Positions 49,166-59,439 of a DNA stretch of 64,000 nucleotides are shown piece by piece; within the stretch, counting starts at the first letter, position 1; each line of letters opens with the position of its first letter. Position numbers and translations under genes: made by a program. The stretch lies in the IMG/VR virus record IMGVR_UViG_3300020148_000032; one strand, written 5' to 3'. This DNA comes from a virus (taxonomy: Duplodnaviria; Caudoviricetes). The notes under the pieces are model-generated. The model saw only the letters and a program-made list of their open reading frames with translations. It had not been told where the DNA came from and did not search any database.

Positions 49166-49663
49166 TTAATTATTTGTATCATTTATTTCTAATGAATTCT
49201 TCTCTTCATATTCTTTATCTTGCTTTTGCATTCTTTCGGCTCTCTCTTGTCGCAAACGTAGAATTTCTTCTTTACTTGGAGGAACCCTTAAATGAGGTAG
49301 AAAGAGACTAGCAGCGCTATTAAGATCATCAACATCAAAAGATTCATCTTCTTCAATATAACTAAACATCTGATCAAGAGTTAACCCTCCGTTGCGTCCA
49401 GCTCTAATAGCTTCTTTAGAGGCACCCTTAAGCTTTTTGTACTTTTTACCAGTTCTAGAATCAATTTCCCAATTTTCATCTGAAATAGGCTCATTGAAGA
49501 CTTCTTCAACTTCTACTTTTTCCTGAAAAACCGGAACTACCGGAGGTGCTGTTGGTTGAGATAATTCGGGAGTAGACGGTAATTCTTCCTCATAAACTTT
49601 AGGAATAGGTCTCGGTTGCGAAAGTCTATCATTATTCATTGGATTATTAATTGGTAAAGCCAC
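49166..49663 (-). CDS. Hypothetical Pro/Glu-rich protein
   Basis: 165-aa ORF, GTG start. Confidence 0.65.
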   Translation of the reverse strand: MALPINNPMNNDRLSQPRPIPKVYEEELPSTPELSQPTAPPVVPVFQEKVEVEEVFNEPISDENWEIDSRTGKKYKKLKGASKEAIRAGRNGGLTLDQMFSYIEEDESFDVDDLNSAASLFLPHLRVPPSKEEILRLRQERAERMQKQDKEYEEKNSLEINDTNN

Positions 49664-49705
49664 TCTACAACACCCTTTCGAGAAGAATTATAAAAAGAAT
49701 ATCAA

Positions 49706-51088
49706 TTAACCTTTAAAAAATTTAAGTAACTCTTTAACCGATGAAATATATTCAACTTTAATAGTTTTTGGCTTGTACTTGACTGATTTTTCAGAAGTTT
49801 TAGGAAGAACAATCCTATCAAAACCTAAACGATCAGCTTCTCGAATCTTGTTATCAATCATGAAAGATCCACGCACTTGACCAGTAAGACCTAATTCTCC
49901 AACAAAACATATTCTCTCTTTAAATGATTTAGACTTTAAAGACGAAAGTATACTTGCAGCCATACTAAGATCAGAAAGAGGGTCAATAACTTTCACTCCA
50001 TTAACAGTGCTTACAAAAACATCATTTTCATAAAGTCTAGCATCACAGAACTTATCAAGAATAGCGCAGACAATTTGACCTCTATTATAATGAACTCCAT
50101 TAAATTGCTTTCGTGGAGTAGGAAGAGTGCTCTTTGTAACAAGAGCTTGTATTTCAATAGGTATTTGTCGTACACCCTCACTCATAAAACTACAAGAAGT
50201 TCCAGTCACTTCATCAGGAGAATCATTCTCTAAAAAGATACCACCCGGATCAAGAACCTCCTCAAGACCGCTCTCAGAATGTTGAAATACACCCACCTCA
50301 GTAGTATCACCGAAACGATTCTTTGTTGCCCTCAAAAATTTCAGTGGAGTATCACTGTCGGAATCTAACATAAGAGCTGCATCGACAATGTGCTGGATTG
50401 ATTCTGAACCAGAGAATTCTCCAGATTTAATAATCTGATTAATAAGAATCATTGTAATATTAGAAGTCTTAGCTAAACGGGTAAGAGTATGAGCAGCTTC
50501 TTTAGACTGTTGAATGCTACCAATAGATCCAGTAATTTCTGAAGAAGCAATAGTTTGAAGAGAGTCGACAATAAGGAAGTCGGGTTTCTCTTCTTGAATA
50601 TGACCAAGTAAGGTTTCAAGGTTAGTTTCATTAATGATAAGAATATTCTCATGTGAAACATTCATTCTTTTAGCACGAAGACCAATTTGCTGTTCTGATT
50701 CCTCTCCTGAAGAATAAAGAACTTTCTTACCTAATTCTGCATACTTTTCAGCAACACGTAATGACAATGTAGACTTTCCGGATCCAGGCTGGCCTGCAAA
50801 TAGAATTACTTCAGCATCAACAAAGCCACCACCGAGAACTCGATCAAGTTCTTGAATACCAGTTTTAGTTCTTACGATAGGGTGAGAGTTCAAGTCAGAG
50901 ATATTACGAGCTCTCTTTGTAGGTGTGATTGCACCAGAAGATTTAAGACCCGCCCGTTCGACAGAAACAGTGCTTACTGTCGCTTCTTTAAGAGTGTCAA
51001 AATTCTTACATGATGGACACCTTGCGAGCCATCGACCGAATTCGTTATCACACTCGGTACATTTAAATATTTTCTTTTCTTTAGCCAT
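49706..51088 (-). CDS. radA: DNA repair protein RadA/Sms
   Basis: N-terminal C4 Zn finger, ELDRVLGGG, GQPGSGKST, VDSLQT, KNRFG, GELGLTG. Confidence 0.95.
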   Translation of the reverse strand: MAKEKKIFKCTECDNEFGRWLARCPSCKNFDTLKEATVSTVSVERAGLKSSGAITPTKRARNISDLNSHPIVRTKTGIQELDRVLGGGFVDAEVILFAGQPGSGKSTLSLRVAEKYAELGKKVLYSSGEESEQQIGLRAKRMNVSHENILIINETNLETLLGHIQEEKPDFLIVDSLQTIASSEITGSIGSIQQSKEAAHTLTRLAKTSNITMILINQIIKSGEFSGSESIQHIVDAALMLDSDSDTPLKFLRATKNRFGDTTEVGVFQHSESGLEEVLDPGGIFLENDSPDEVTGTSCSFMSEGVRQIPIEIQALVTKSTLPTPRKQFNGVHYNRGQIVCAILDKFCDARLYENDVFVSTVNGVKVIDPLSDLSMAASILSSLKSKSFKERICFVGELGLTGQVRGSFMIDNKIREADRLGFDRIVLPKTSEKSVKYKPKTIKVEYISSVKELLKFFKG

Positions 51089-51110
51089 ACATGTATTTTA
51101 ACAAAAAACA

Positions 51111-51154
51111 AAAGAATCCGTCTACTCTACAACAGAGTTTAAGACGGATTCTTT
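51111..51154 (-). terminator. Intrinsic terminator
   Basis: AAAGAATCCGTCT...AGACGGATTCTTT. Confidence 0.75.
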
Positions 51155-51215
51155 TAGAGGTAAAGAACTCATCACTATTGACATAAAATGCCGAGTAGTG
51201 ACAGACTAACGTTGT

Positions 51216-51773
51216 TTAGTTCATATTAAAAGCGCGCAATTGACCACTGAATACATCTTCAGGATTGATTTTGTTATTTGGAGAATCATCCATGATATCA
51301 ATATTACTGGACCCAAAAGCGTCAGTGACAGGAGTCTTTGAAAGTTCATCAAAAGAGACTAATTGAACTTTGTTCTCGTTTTTGATGAGTTCTACAATAG
51401 CTTTCTTCGTAGGTTCGTTTAACTCTGGAAAACCTTCAACAGTTTTCTTAATTCTAGAATAAAGTTCATAATTTCCGCCGAACCACTTCTCTACTAATTC
51501 ATCAGTACTTGAAACATCAACAAGTGTTTCCTTATCTTTAAGACCAAGATTAAGAAGAGTTCCTTTTAATAAATCTCTATTTTGTGAGAACAATGACTTT
51601 TTTACTGAAACGGAGGCTGATCCAAATTCAGACACTAAAGATTCTTGAGCAGATTTAACTGCGGCTTCTTTAGAAGTAAAATGATTGTCCTGACCAGAGT
51701 CACCACCGAAGCGACATTTGATCTTAGCGTGACAAACCTTTACTTCGCCTTTAGCATTAATATGATACTTCAT
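51216..51773 (-). CDS. HCCH-module protein, unknown cargo
   Basis: MKYHINAKGEVKVCHAKIKCRFGG...HF. Confidence 0.75.
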   Translation of the reverse strand: MKYHINAKGEVKVCHAKIKCRFGGDSGQDNHFTSKEAAVKSAQESLVSEFGSASVSVKKSLFSQNRDLLKGTLLNLGLKDKETLVDVSSTDELVEKWFGGNYELYSRIKKTVEGFPELNEPTKKAIVELIKNENKVQLVSFDELSKTPVTDAFGSSNIDIMDDSPNNKINPEDVFSGQLRAFNMN

Positions 51774-51814
51774 GAGAAATCCTCGATTAATTTTATTTAT
51801 TTTCTAACTCATTA

Positions 51815-52756
51815 TTAAGAAAAGATTGTTGATAAAAACTTCCAACCCGATAAGACAATAAGAACTCCAAAGAACGGAACGAAAAGATAACGCTCCACAA
51901 CTCCACCTGCTTTAATACTTGTAAAACGAGTATTCCACCAGAATTTACCTTTAAGTTTTGCAGATAATGGGAACAAAATTGGAACTCCAGCAGTAGTGAA
52001 AGCATCACCAACAATATGAATAATCATACCAAGGGCAACAGAAACCCCAAGCCACCAATAATCTAAATCTTTAGGTAAATTCACAAATATAGAATATGTC
52101 ACCACAAAACTTACCACAAAGGCAATAAGCTCACCAAGAGGACCCGACGTCTTAATAGATTTCATAAAATCTTTACCAATACTTGACAAAGACAAGTGAA
52201 CAAGAATATAGGTAATAAGTAATGCAACAAGAGTTCCATACTCAATATTCCCAATCATAGGTAGTGTAGTTGAACCACCTATTCTAGTTCCAAGTATAGT
52301 CATACCCCCAAGGAACAAAGCCGCCGGTATAGTATGCCAAGCTCCACGGTGAGGGTTAGGGGTTAGGTCATCCCTCTTAGTGCGAATAGTCGTTTGTAAG
52401 AAAACAGACGAACCTCTAAAGATAGCTGATAAAATGTTACCTAACAATCCAAGACTATTCTCAGCAGTAGAGACACTATTATCAAGGTCATTAATGAGAG
52501 CGGCTCCAGCCGTCACAATACATGCAAGAGTTACAACCCAAACGTCATAAGTTCCAAAAAGTCTTTCAAAGTAATCAGGCCAAAAAGCAAAAAAAGTAAG
52601 GAAAAGAGCAATAGCACTAAGTGAATGAGTGAACCCCATAAAACCGTGGGCTTCATAATATCTCTTTTTAAGATAATGTAAAACTATAGAGAAGTCATTC
52701 CCTCTAGGGGGATGGATAAGACATTCGTCTTGGTTTTGCATATAATCCTCTTTCAA
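51815..52756 (-). CDS. YdjM-like metal-dependent membrane hydrolase (start uncertain)
   Basis: GFTH, DLD, HRG.WHT, HIVGD.FT..GVP.LFP; multiple TM. Confidence 0.82.
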   Translation of the reverse strand: MKEDYMQNQDECLIHPPRGNDFSIVLHYLKKRYYEAHGFMGFTHSLSAIALFLTFFAFWPDYFERLFGTYDVWVVTLACIVTAGAALINDLDNSVSTAENSLGLLGNILSAIFRGSSVFLQTTIRTKRDDLTPNPHRGAWHTIPAALFLGGMTILGTRIGGSTTLPMIGNIEYGTLVALLITYILVHLSLSSIGKDFMKSIKTSGPLGELIAFVVSFVVTYSIFVNLPKDLDYWWLGVSVALGMIIHIVGDAFTTAGVPILFPLSAKLKGKFWWNTRFTSIKAGGVVERYLFVPFFGVLIVLSGWKFLSTIFS

Positions 52757-52825
52757 TATGTTGAGTAAAAAGAAATATCGGTTCTTGAAAACTCTAAGAA
52801 CCGATACTTCCCTAACAAACAGTTA

Positions 52826-55270
52826 TTACACTATTTGAGAATGACCAAAATTTATATCTCCAGTAAAGTCAACACCACGAGCGGCACGCTTCGAAAGGGT
52901 CGGAAGAATAGACGCATTATGGAATTTTGCCATAGACATAATAGGGTTATTAGAGATAAACGCTTGAACAAGTCGGGTTTCACCCTTCTTGAAAGTATGC
53001 AAAGCAACACCCTGCGCACCCTTATTCTTTGTTGGAATCTCAGTAATAGGAGTAGCTTTCAATGTTTGATCCCCTTGAGAGTAAATAAAGGTGTCTTTAT
53101 CCTTGATAGACTTCACCCAACCAAAGTAAATAGCCTCATCAGAGTCATTCTTCAACTTGATACCTCGGACACCACCAGCTTTAGAACCAGAAGCTCGAAT
53201 AGAAGCAGCATCAAAAACAAGTATGTTTGATTCCTTAGTGACAAACGAGAAGTGTGTGCCATCGAGTGACTTATCAAGCCAAACGGCTGAAAGAACAGCG
53301 TCATCATCGTCAATAAGAATAACTGGGAATTCATCCTTATTCGGGAAATCAACCTTAGAAACTTTCACAAGTCCCTTCTTTGTACCAAGAGCAACACCAA
53401 CATCATTCTTACCAAGAGTATCCTTAGCAATACCAATGATAGTGACTCCCTTAGGTAGGTCAAGGCCAAGAGTTCTTGGTGTACTAACAGCATCAGTATT
53501 CAAGTATGAAAGAGGAATGCGACGACCAATACCGTCGCTTCCAATAAGAACAATATTATCATTCGTATTCATACTCAATTGACCAAGTATCGGCCCATTC
53601 TTGAACTTCTTCAAAGTGGGGTTATACTTGAATGCCGAATCACCCTTAATAATGACATTATCAACAAACAAGTTTACAAAGCAAGGACTGTCTTTTACCT
53701 CAACCTTAATATCTTTAGCAAGAGCCTTTTCAGTCTCAATAGCCTCTTCAGTTGTCATATTAGAGATAACAGTCTTACGTTCGTCTCCAATAATTTTGAG
53801 AGTTTCATCAAACTCTTTAATGAGGTAATCACGAAGAACACCCTCATCACGCAAAAGTTTCTTAATGTAAGAAATCTCTGCAGTAAGCTCTTTCTTCTCA
53901 GTTTGAAGAGCAACAGAATCCATCTTAGTTAAACGACGAAGTTTAAGCTCAAGAACATAATTAGCCTGCTCTTCATCAATTTTGAAAGTTTTCTGAAGTT
54001 TAGTATTAGCAACAGTATCGTTATCTGACTTACGAATAATAGCGATAGCAGCATCAATATCTAAAAGGGTTTTCAAAAGACCCTCAATAAGATGAAGTCG
54101 ATTATTTTTCTTGTTAAGAGAGTGAGTCATCTTATTCTTGATACACATTTTGCGGAATTCAATAAAATCAAGCAGCAAATCCTTCATTGAAGATACTACC
54201 GGGCGATTATTCACAATAGTAGTAATGTTCACTGAGAAGTTAGATTCAAGGCTTGTCCCAGCAAAAAGATCTTTAAGAACCTTCTTGTAGTTCACTCCAT
54301 TCTTCGTTTCAATCACAAGTCGAATAGGGTGCTTGAGGTCTGACAAGTCCTTATAATTAGCAATTTCCTTAAAACCTCCAGTTGCAGACTTTTTCTGTAT
54401 TTCTTCAATAATCTTTTCTGGATAAGTACCGAAAGGAATTTCGTAAAATTCAATCCTTGTGCTGCCGCGCTGACCAGGGATAACATCATACTGACCACGA
54501 ATCTTGAATGAACCCTTACCAGTCTCGAGGTACTCTTTAATACCATCATTAGAAGTAATAAGACCACCCATGTTAAAGTCAGGTCCCTGAACAATTTTTG
54601 CAATAGAAGCAGTAGTAGCATTAGGGTTACGCACTAAAGTCTTACATGCCTGCATGATCTCAGTAGGATTATGAGAAGGCATAGATGAAGCATAACCAAC
54701 AGCGATACCAGAACCCCCGTTAATGACAGCAATTGGCCAACGCACTGGAAGTCGAGTAGGTTCATCAAGTTTGCCGTCATAGTTTTTACCCATAGTGACA
54801 GCGTTCTCGGCGAGCTCTTCAACATTCAACCAAGCGGCTTTATTAAGTCTTGCCTCAAGATAACGACCAGCAGCACCAGGAGTACCAGGAACACCGAAGT
54901 CGCCCTTACCGTCAATAAGAGGTACGCGGAAAATGTGGTCACGAGCAAGATTCTTCAAAGCGTCACTTACTGACGAGTCACCGTGAGGGTGGTACGCAAG
55001 AACACGACCAGCAAGAGTTGCAACCTTAGATCTGTTAGAGTTAGGAGTCAAACCATCCTTATACATTGAGTAAAGAATACGTTTCTGAACTGGCTTAAGA
55101 CCCGAAACGTCTACAAGAGCTCGATCAAGAACATATGACCAAGAATATGGGAGGAAGTTATCAGTCAAAAATTTTTCAACTGGAGTAACCTCAACAGTTC
55201 CAGCAATATTTTGGAATTTAGCCTTCTTTGCTTTGAGGTCCTCATCATTCAATACTTTCTTACGTGCCAT
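52826..55270 (-). CDS. gyrA: Type IIA topoisomerase subunit A (GyrA/ParC)
   Basis: GLKPVQ.RILY, YHPHGD, AA.RY.EARL catalytic Tyr, GIAVG, beta-pinwheel-like CTD; gyrase versus topo IV not resolved. Confidence 0.9.
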   Translation of the reverse strand: MARKKVLNDEDLKAKKAKFQNIAGTVEVTPVEKFLTDNFLPYSWSYVLDRALVDVSGLKPVQKRILYSMYKDGLTPNSNRSKVATLAGRVLAYHPHGDSSVSDALKNLARDHIFRVPLIDGKGDFGVPGTPGAAGRYLEARLNKAAWLNVEELAENAVTMGKNYDGKLDEPTRLPVRWPIAVINGGSGIAVGYASSMPSHNPTEIMQACKTLVRNPNATTASIAKIVQGPDFNMGGLITSNDGIKEYLETGKGSFKIRGQYDVIPGQRGSTRIEFYEIPFGTYPEKIIEEIQKKSATGGFKEIANYKDLSDLKHPIRLVIETKNGVNYKKVLKDLFAGTSLESNFSVNITTIVNNRPVVSSMKDLLLDFIEFRKMCIKNKMTHSLNKKNNRLHLIEGLLKTLLDIDAAIAIIRKSDNDTVANTKLQKTFKIDEEQANYVLELKLRRLTKMDSVALQTEKKELTAEISYIKKLLRDEGVLRDYLIKEFDETLKIIGDERKTVISNMTTEEAIETEKALAKDIKVEVKDSPCFVNLFVDNVIIKGDSAFKYNPTLKKFKNGPILGQLSMNTNDNIVLIGSDGIGRRIPLSYLNTDAVSTPRTLGLDLPKGVTIIGIAKDTLGKNDVGVALGTKKGLVKVSKVDFPNKDEFPVILIDDDDAVLSAVWLDKSLDGTHFSFVTKESNILVFDAASIRASGSKAGGVRGIKLKNDSDEAIYFGWVKSIKDKDTFIYSQGDQTLKATPITEIPTKNKGAQGVALHTFKKGETRLVQAFISNNPIMSMAKFHNASILPTLSKRAARGVDFTGDINFGHSQIV

Positions 55271-55396
55271 TACTTACTTACCATCCTTGCGTTAAAAATA
55301 GAGTACATCACTACTATTTTATCAAAATCGAACGTAGAATTAATATATCAACTTTAAAGGAGTTAGAAAATATTCTAACAACAAAGGTAGGTTCTT

Positions 55397-56305
55397 ATGA
55401 AAATCCACATTACCCGAGAAGGTGACGCACGGCCATGTTTCGCTGAGAAAGGAAACTGTCCATTCGGTGGCGAAAGCGACCATTATCCAAACGCTCAAGT
55501 TGCACGAGAAGCATACGAAGAAAAAATGGCGAACATTGGAAATGCTCTCAAAAGCATCACCTCTCAAGAACAAAGAGAATTAGATGAGCTTGAGGCAAAA
55601 ATCTATAAAGATCACACTGATCTTCCAGATGACTGGCGAATATCAAAAAGCCGTTACTCTCTAGAATTGTCCTCTATCACTCCAACTCTAGGACTTGCCC
55701 CAACCGGACCGAACGGATCTCCATTAAAATTGCTTGATGGAAACCCACGCACTGAAGAGAAAGATGGATTATGGGTAGTCACAAGTGCAGAAATTGCCAT
55801 CTCAGGTCCATTCTCAACAGTCAAAGACGTGAAAGACTACTTTGCTCAATACAGGAAAGATGCTAGTGAAGGGAAACTACCTGGTACTGGAGTGACTCCA
55901 GACATGTGGGACGGAGCGCCACCATCACGAAAGCGTTCACCACGAACAACTAAACCCCACTCATCACAAAAAACTAGGTCTAGCTCTTCACTTCCAGTTC
56001 GAAAGACTAAAAAAGGTGAATACATCTGGTTTAACACTGAGGAAAAAGCAAAAGCCACTCGAAAAGAACTAGACTCTCAAGGTTATGATGTTTCAAAACT
56101 TCCAAAAGAGGACTACAGTAAAAAATACTTTATCTCTCGATCAGCAACATCATTCTCTAAAAGAATCGAAAGAGGTTTCGCAACAAAAGCACAACTTGAT
56201 AAATACATGAAAGACTGGAATCGTTATGATCACCTCCATGACAGTATAGAGGTTATTGACAGAGACACTATCCTCAATCAAGCCGGAAGAAAACTCATTC
56301 CATAA
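55397..56305 (+). CDS. HCCH-module protein, unknown cargo
   Basis: MKIHITREGDARPCFAEKGNCPFGGESDHY...AREAYE. Confidence 0.75.
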   Translation: MKIHITREGDARPCFAEKGNCPFGGESDHYPNAQVAREAYEEKMANIGNALKSITSQEQRELDELEAKIYKDHTDLPDDWRISKSRYSLELSSITPTLGLAPTGPNGSPLKLLDGNPRTEEKDGLWVVTSAEIAISGPFSTVKDVKDYFAQYRKDASEGKLPGTGVTPDMWDGAPPSRKRSPRTTKPHSSQKTRSSSSLPVRKTKKGEYIWFNTEEKAKATRKELDSQGYDVSKLPKEDYSKKYFISRSATSFSKRIERGFATKAQLDKYMKDWNRYDHLHDSIEVIDRDTILNQAGRKLIP

Positions 56306-56321
56306 CACGCCTCCTCTAAAA

Positions 56322-56365
56322 AGTAAGGCACCGCGGGTTACCCTCCTTTACCGCGGTGTCTTACT
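56322..56365. terminator. Bidirectional terminator-like hairpin
   Basis: AGTAAGGCACCGCGG...CCGCGGTGTCTTACT between convergent genes. Confidence 0.7.
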
Positions 56366-56420
56366 AGAAAGAGCTAATTAGTTGGCTGTCGAGTAATAGT
56401 AATAAAAAAGCTATCATTTA

Positions 56421-57113
56421 TCAAAGCTTTCTACAAGTACTACAATACAATCGCACCTTGGCTCTCTTATTAGACTCAGACACACAATACTCTCTATCAC
56501 AACGAGAACACGTTAGCTCTACTCCACCAAAAGACAATGAATAACACTTACGAGAGCAATACTTACCCCTGCCATCCCTTACCCTGCTAGGGTTAGTAGA
56601 GAACAACTCAGAACATTGTAAACATTCTCTCAAAAAAGTCGTCCGCATAGAATCATACAAACAATCAAGTGAGCAATACTTCGCATTCCAACGCTCAGAG
56701 CGAGTGAAAGTCACCCGGAAGGAAGTACCACACATTTCACAAAAAATATCTACCGCCGGAAGCAAACTTCTAGGTGACTCTAACTCTTCCATTACTAAAG
56801 ACCGCAAACGCTTAATTAATATTTCAGTCACTTCCTGTGCTTGCCTTACCTCATTACACAACAAATGCGCAGGTTTAATATTTTCTATCGTGTCACTACC
56901 ACCTAAAGATTTCGGAATAACATGATCTTCGCTGAAAGAAAGAACATTCTGAACACGAGAACCATCAGGATAAAACACATAAGAATCAAGAGTAGTGTCA
57001 ATAGAGTAACCACAAATCCAACACAACTCCGACTTTGCCCAATAAAGACCCTTCACATAAGCGGACTTTCGAAACTTTTCTAGATTACTCACAGGTAAGA
57101 ACTCCACAATCAA
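56421..57113 (-). CDS. HNH endonuclease with C-terminal Cys-rich Zn-finger repeats (homing-endonuclease-like)
   Basis: CWICG...DHVIP.S.GG.D..EN..PAH..CN; three C..C...YCS..C repeats. Confidence 0.85.
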   Translation of the reverse strand: MIVEFLPVSNLEKFRKSAYVKGLYWAKSELCWICGYSIDTTLDSYVFYPDGSRVQNVLSFSEDHVIPKSLGGSDTIENIKPAHLLCNEVRQAQEVTEILIKRLRSLVMEELESPRSLLPAVDIFCEMCGTSFRVTFTRSERWNAKYCSLDCLYDSMRTTFLRECLQCSELFSTNPSRVRDGRGKYCSRKCYSLSFGGVELTCSRCDREYCVSESNKRAKVRLYCSTCRKL

Positions 57114-57285
57114 ACACTTCTAAAGAGTTATATTTCTTGCAATAGTTAAAGTAATAAAAGGTCATTCTCCCTTTGTGCTTCTGTTTGAAATTTTTATGAC
57201 AAGTAGAGCAAGAGCTCTCAAAAGAAACAGCACCGCAATACTTACAATTAGCGGTGCTGTTTCCACAAAGGGAGCAAATATTCAC
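57085..57285 (-). CDS. Small Cys-rich protein
   Basis: Three CxxC motifs; directly follows gyrB. Confidence 0.4.
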   Translation of the reverse strand: MNICSLCGNSTANCKYCGAVSFESSCSTCHKNFKQKHKGRMTFYYFNYCKKYNSLEVFDCGVLTCE

Positions 57286-57291
57286 AAATAT

Positions 57292-59421
57292 TTAATCCGT
57301 ACCAGACTCAAAACCCTCAACAAGTCCAGTTTCAACGGCTACCGAGAAGTTATCACTCATGAAATCCTTACGTTCTTGTGATGAATCACCCATAGTAAGA
57401 ATAAGAGCTTCCTCGGCTTTCTTCACGTCTTCAAGTGTAATGCGCTTGAGGACACGCTTCTCAGGATCAAGTACAGTGTCATAGAAGCTTTGCGGCTCCA
57501 TCTCTCCTAATCCTTTGTTTCGGTCAACCTTATACGTCTTACCATTCTTCTCAAGTCGCTTCAAAATCTGTGCAAGTTCTGGCTCACCAGCCGCATACTC
57601 AACAACCTGATTCTTACCAGTACCAACAGTGACCTCAAAAAGTGGCGGTACAGTCTGATACACACGACCCTCAGCAACCATATCCTTAAACAAACGATGG
57701 AAGACTGTATAAAGAAGGTTGTTAATTTGCAGACCATCCACGTCGGCGTCGGCAGCGAATAATACTCTACCATACCTTACCTTCGAGATATCAAAATGAT
57801 TACCAAAACCACCACCTAAAGCCTTAGCAATATCCATTACTTCCTTATTAGCAAGAATAGCAGAATTAGCAGCCTTCAAACTATTCAAAACCTTACCACG
57901 CACAGGAAGAACAGCCTGATAAGTAGCATCACGAGCCTTCTTAATAGTACCAGCAGCCGAATCACCCTCGCAAATCAACAACTCGCACTCATCAGTACCA
58001 GTAAGATCACAATCAGCAAGTTTAGCAGGCATAGAACTACTCGACACCTGATTAGACTTACGCTTAGCAAGCTTCGCCTCGCTAGCAGCCAAACGATTCT
58101 TACTAGCTTGAACAACCTTCTCAAACATCGGTTTCAAAAATGCCTGATTACCAGAAGCCTCAACAAAACGACCCAACAAATCAGTAAAAGCCTTAGTCAA
58201 AGCCTTCTCCAACTCAGGGCCACTAATCTTATCCTTCTGCTGACCAGCAAACTGTGGCTCAGGAACATTCACACTCAAAGCCACAGTAAGACCCTCAAAA
58301 TAATCATCAAGAATAGGTGGCTCATCCTTAGCGCTCAACACACCACGCATACTAGACATACGATCACCAAAAGTCTTCACAAGAGCCTTCTCGAAAGCAC
58401 GCTCATGCACACCCCCAAGGTGCGTGTGAATCGTATTTACGAAGCTTGCAAAAGACTTCTCATAACCAACACCATACCTAAACGCAACCTCAGCAGTCGC
58501 CACACGACTCACATCACTCAAATGACCAGCCTCATCAGCAGCAATCTCACTATAATGAGCCTCAGTCTTCAAATGATAAATACCCTTACTAGTAAAAATA
58601 TTACCCTTACTATTCGTACCAGGGAGGAGCTCATCACTACTCAAAGCTTCAACCATCTCAGGAAGACCATGCTCGCTATAAAATTCCCACGAATAAAAAC
58701 TTCCATCCTCATACTGACGATTTTCATCCACAACAGTAATACGCAACTTAGGAACAATATAAGAAATATAACGCAAACGATCAACAAGATTATCAATGTC
58801 AATACGCTCATCCGCAGGGAAACGATCCTGATTATACCACAACCGAATCAACGTACCAGTTTTAAACAACTTCTTATCAGCCGCCGGGCGAGTATCAGCA
58901 ACGCTCTTTACCTTATCACCAGGAGTAAACTTAGCATCTGGACCTTCCCCCGCAAAATGACCCGAATAACCATTCTGGAAACTCAACGAGAATTCTTTAC
59001 CCTCTTTATAAACAATAGCATCAAAACGCTTAGATAAAGCATTCGTTACTGAGGCACCCACACCGTTTAGACCAGCTCCAGCCTTACCCGCAGCCACGTT
59101 ATTACTAAAGTTCGCACCAGCATGAAGTGTTGCCATTGTAAGTATGATACCGTTGACGCCGGTTTTCTTGTTAATGTCTGTTGGAAGCCCCCGCCCGTCG
59201 TCTTGGACGCTTGCCATACCGTCTTTACCGAAGGTGACGTGGACTCTAGTGGCGTAGCCTCTTAAAGATTCATGAACAGAGTTATCGATGATTTCTCGTA
59301 AACCTACAGATTGTTGACTACCTCTGTCACCGAGGTACATACTCGGTCTTTTCCATACTGAGATGGGATATTCAAGTTTAGTAATTTCGTCAGCTGTATA
59401 GCTATCGTTTTTTGTTGTCAT
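57292..59421 (-). CDS. gyrB: Type IIA topoisomerase subunit B (GyrB/ParE)
   Basis: KRP.MYLG, EIIDNS, DDGRG.P, GL.GVG.SV.NALS, EGDSA, PVRGK, DADVDG, KGLGEM. Confidence 0.93.
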   Translation of the reverse strand: MTTKNDSYTADEITKLEYPISVWKRPSMYLGDRGSQQSVGLREIIDNSVHESLRGYATRVHVTFGKDGMASVQDDGRGLPTDINKKTGVNGIILTMATLHAGANFSNNVAAGKAGAGLNGVGASVTNALSKRFDAIVYKEGKEFSLSFQNGYSGHFAGEGPDAKFTPGDKVKSVADTRPAADKKLFKTGTLIRLWYNQDRFPADERIDIDNLVDRLRYISYIVPKLRITVVDENRQYEDGSFYSWEFYSEHGLPEMVEALSSDELLPGTNSKGNIFTSKGIYHLKTEAHYSEIAADEAGHLSDVSRVATAEVAFRYGVGYEKSFASFVNTIHTHLGGVHERAFEKALVKTFGDRMSSMRGVLSAKDEPPILDDYFEGLTVALSVNVPEPQFAGQQKDKISGPELEKALTKAFTDLLGRFVEASGNQAFLKPMFEKVVQASKNRLAASEAKLAKRKSNQVSSSSMPAKLADCDLTGTDECELLICEGDSAAGTIKKARDATYQAVLPVRGKVLNSLKAANSAILANKEVMDIAKALGGGFGNHFDISKVRYGRVLFAADADVDGLQINNLLYTVFHRLFKDMVAEGRVYQTVPPLFEVTVGTGKNQVVEYAAGEPELAQILKRLEKNGKTYKVDRNKGLGEMEPQSFYDTVLDPEKRVLKRITLEDVKKAEEALILTMGDSSQERKDFMSDNFSVAVETGLVEGFESGTD

Positions 59422-59439
59422 GTATACTTACTCCATTTG

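Noticed and set aside
58108-59037. 309-aa plus-strand ORF
   Set aside because: Antisense to gyrB; a by-product of extreme CA skew, with T/I/L/N-rich low-information sequence.
52826-59421. Intron or intein in gyrA/gyrB
   Set aside because: Both frames are continuous and of normal size; the nucleases are free-standing.
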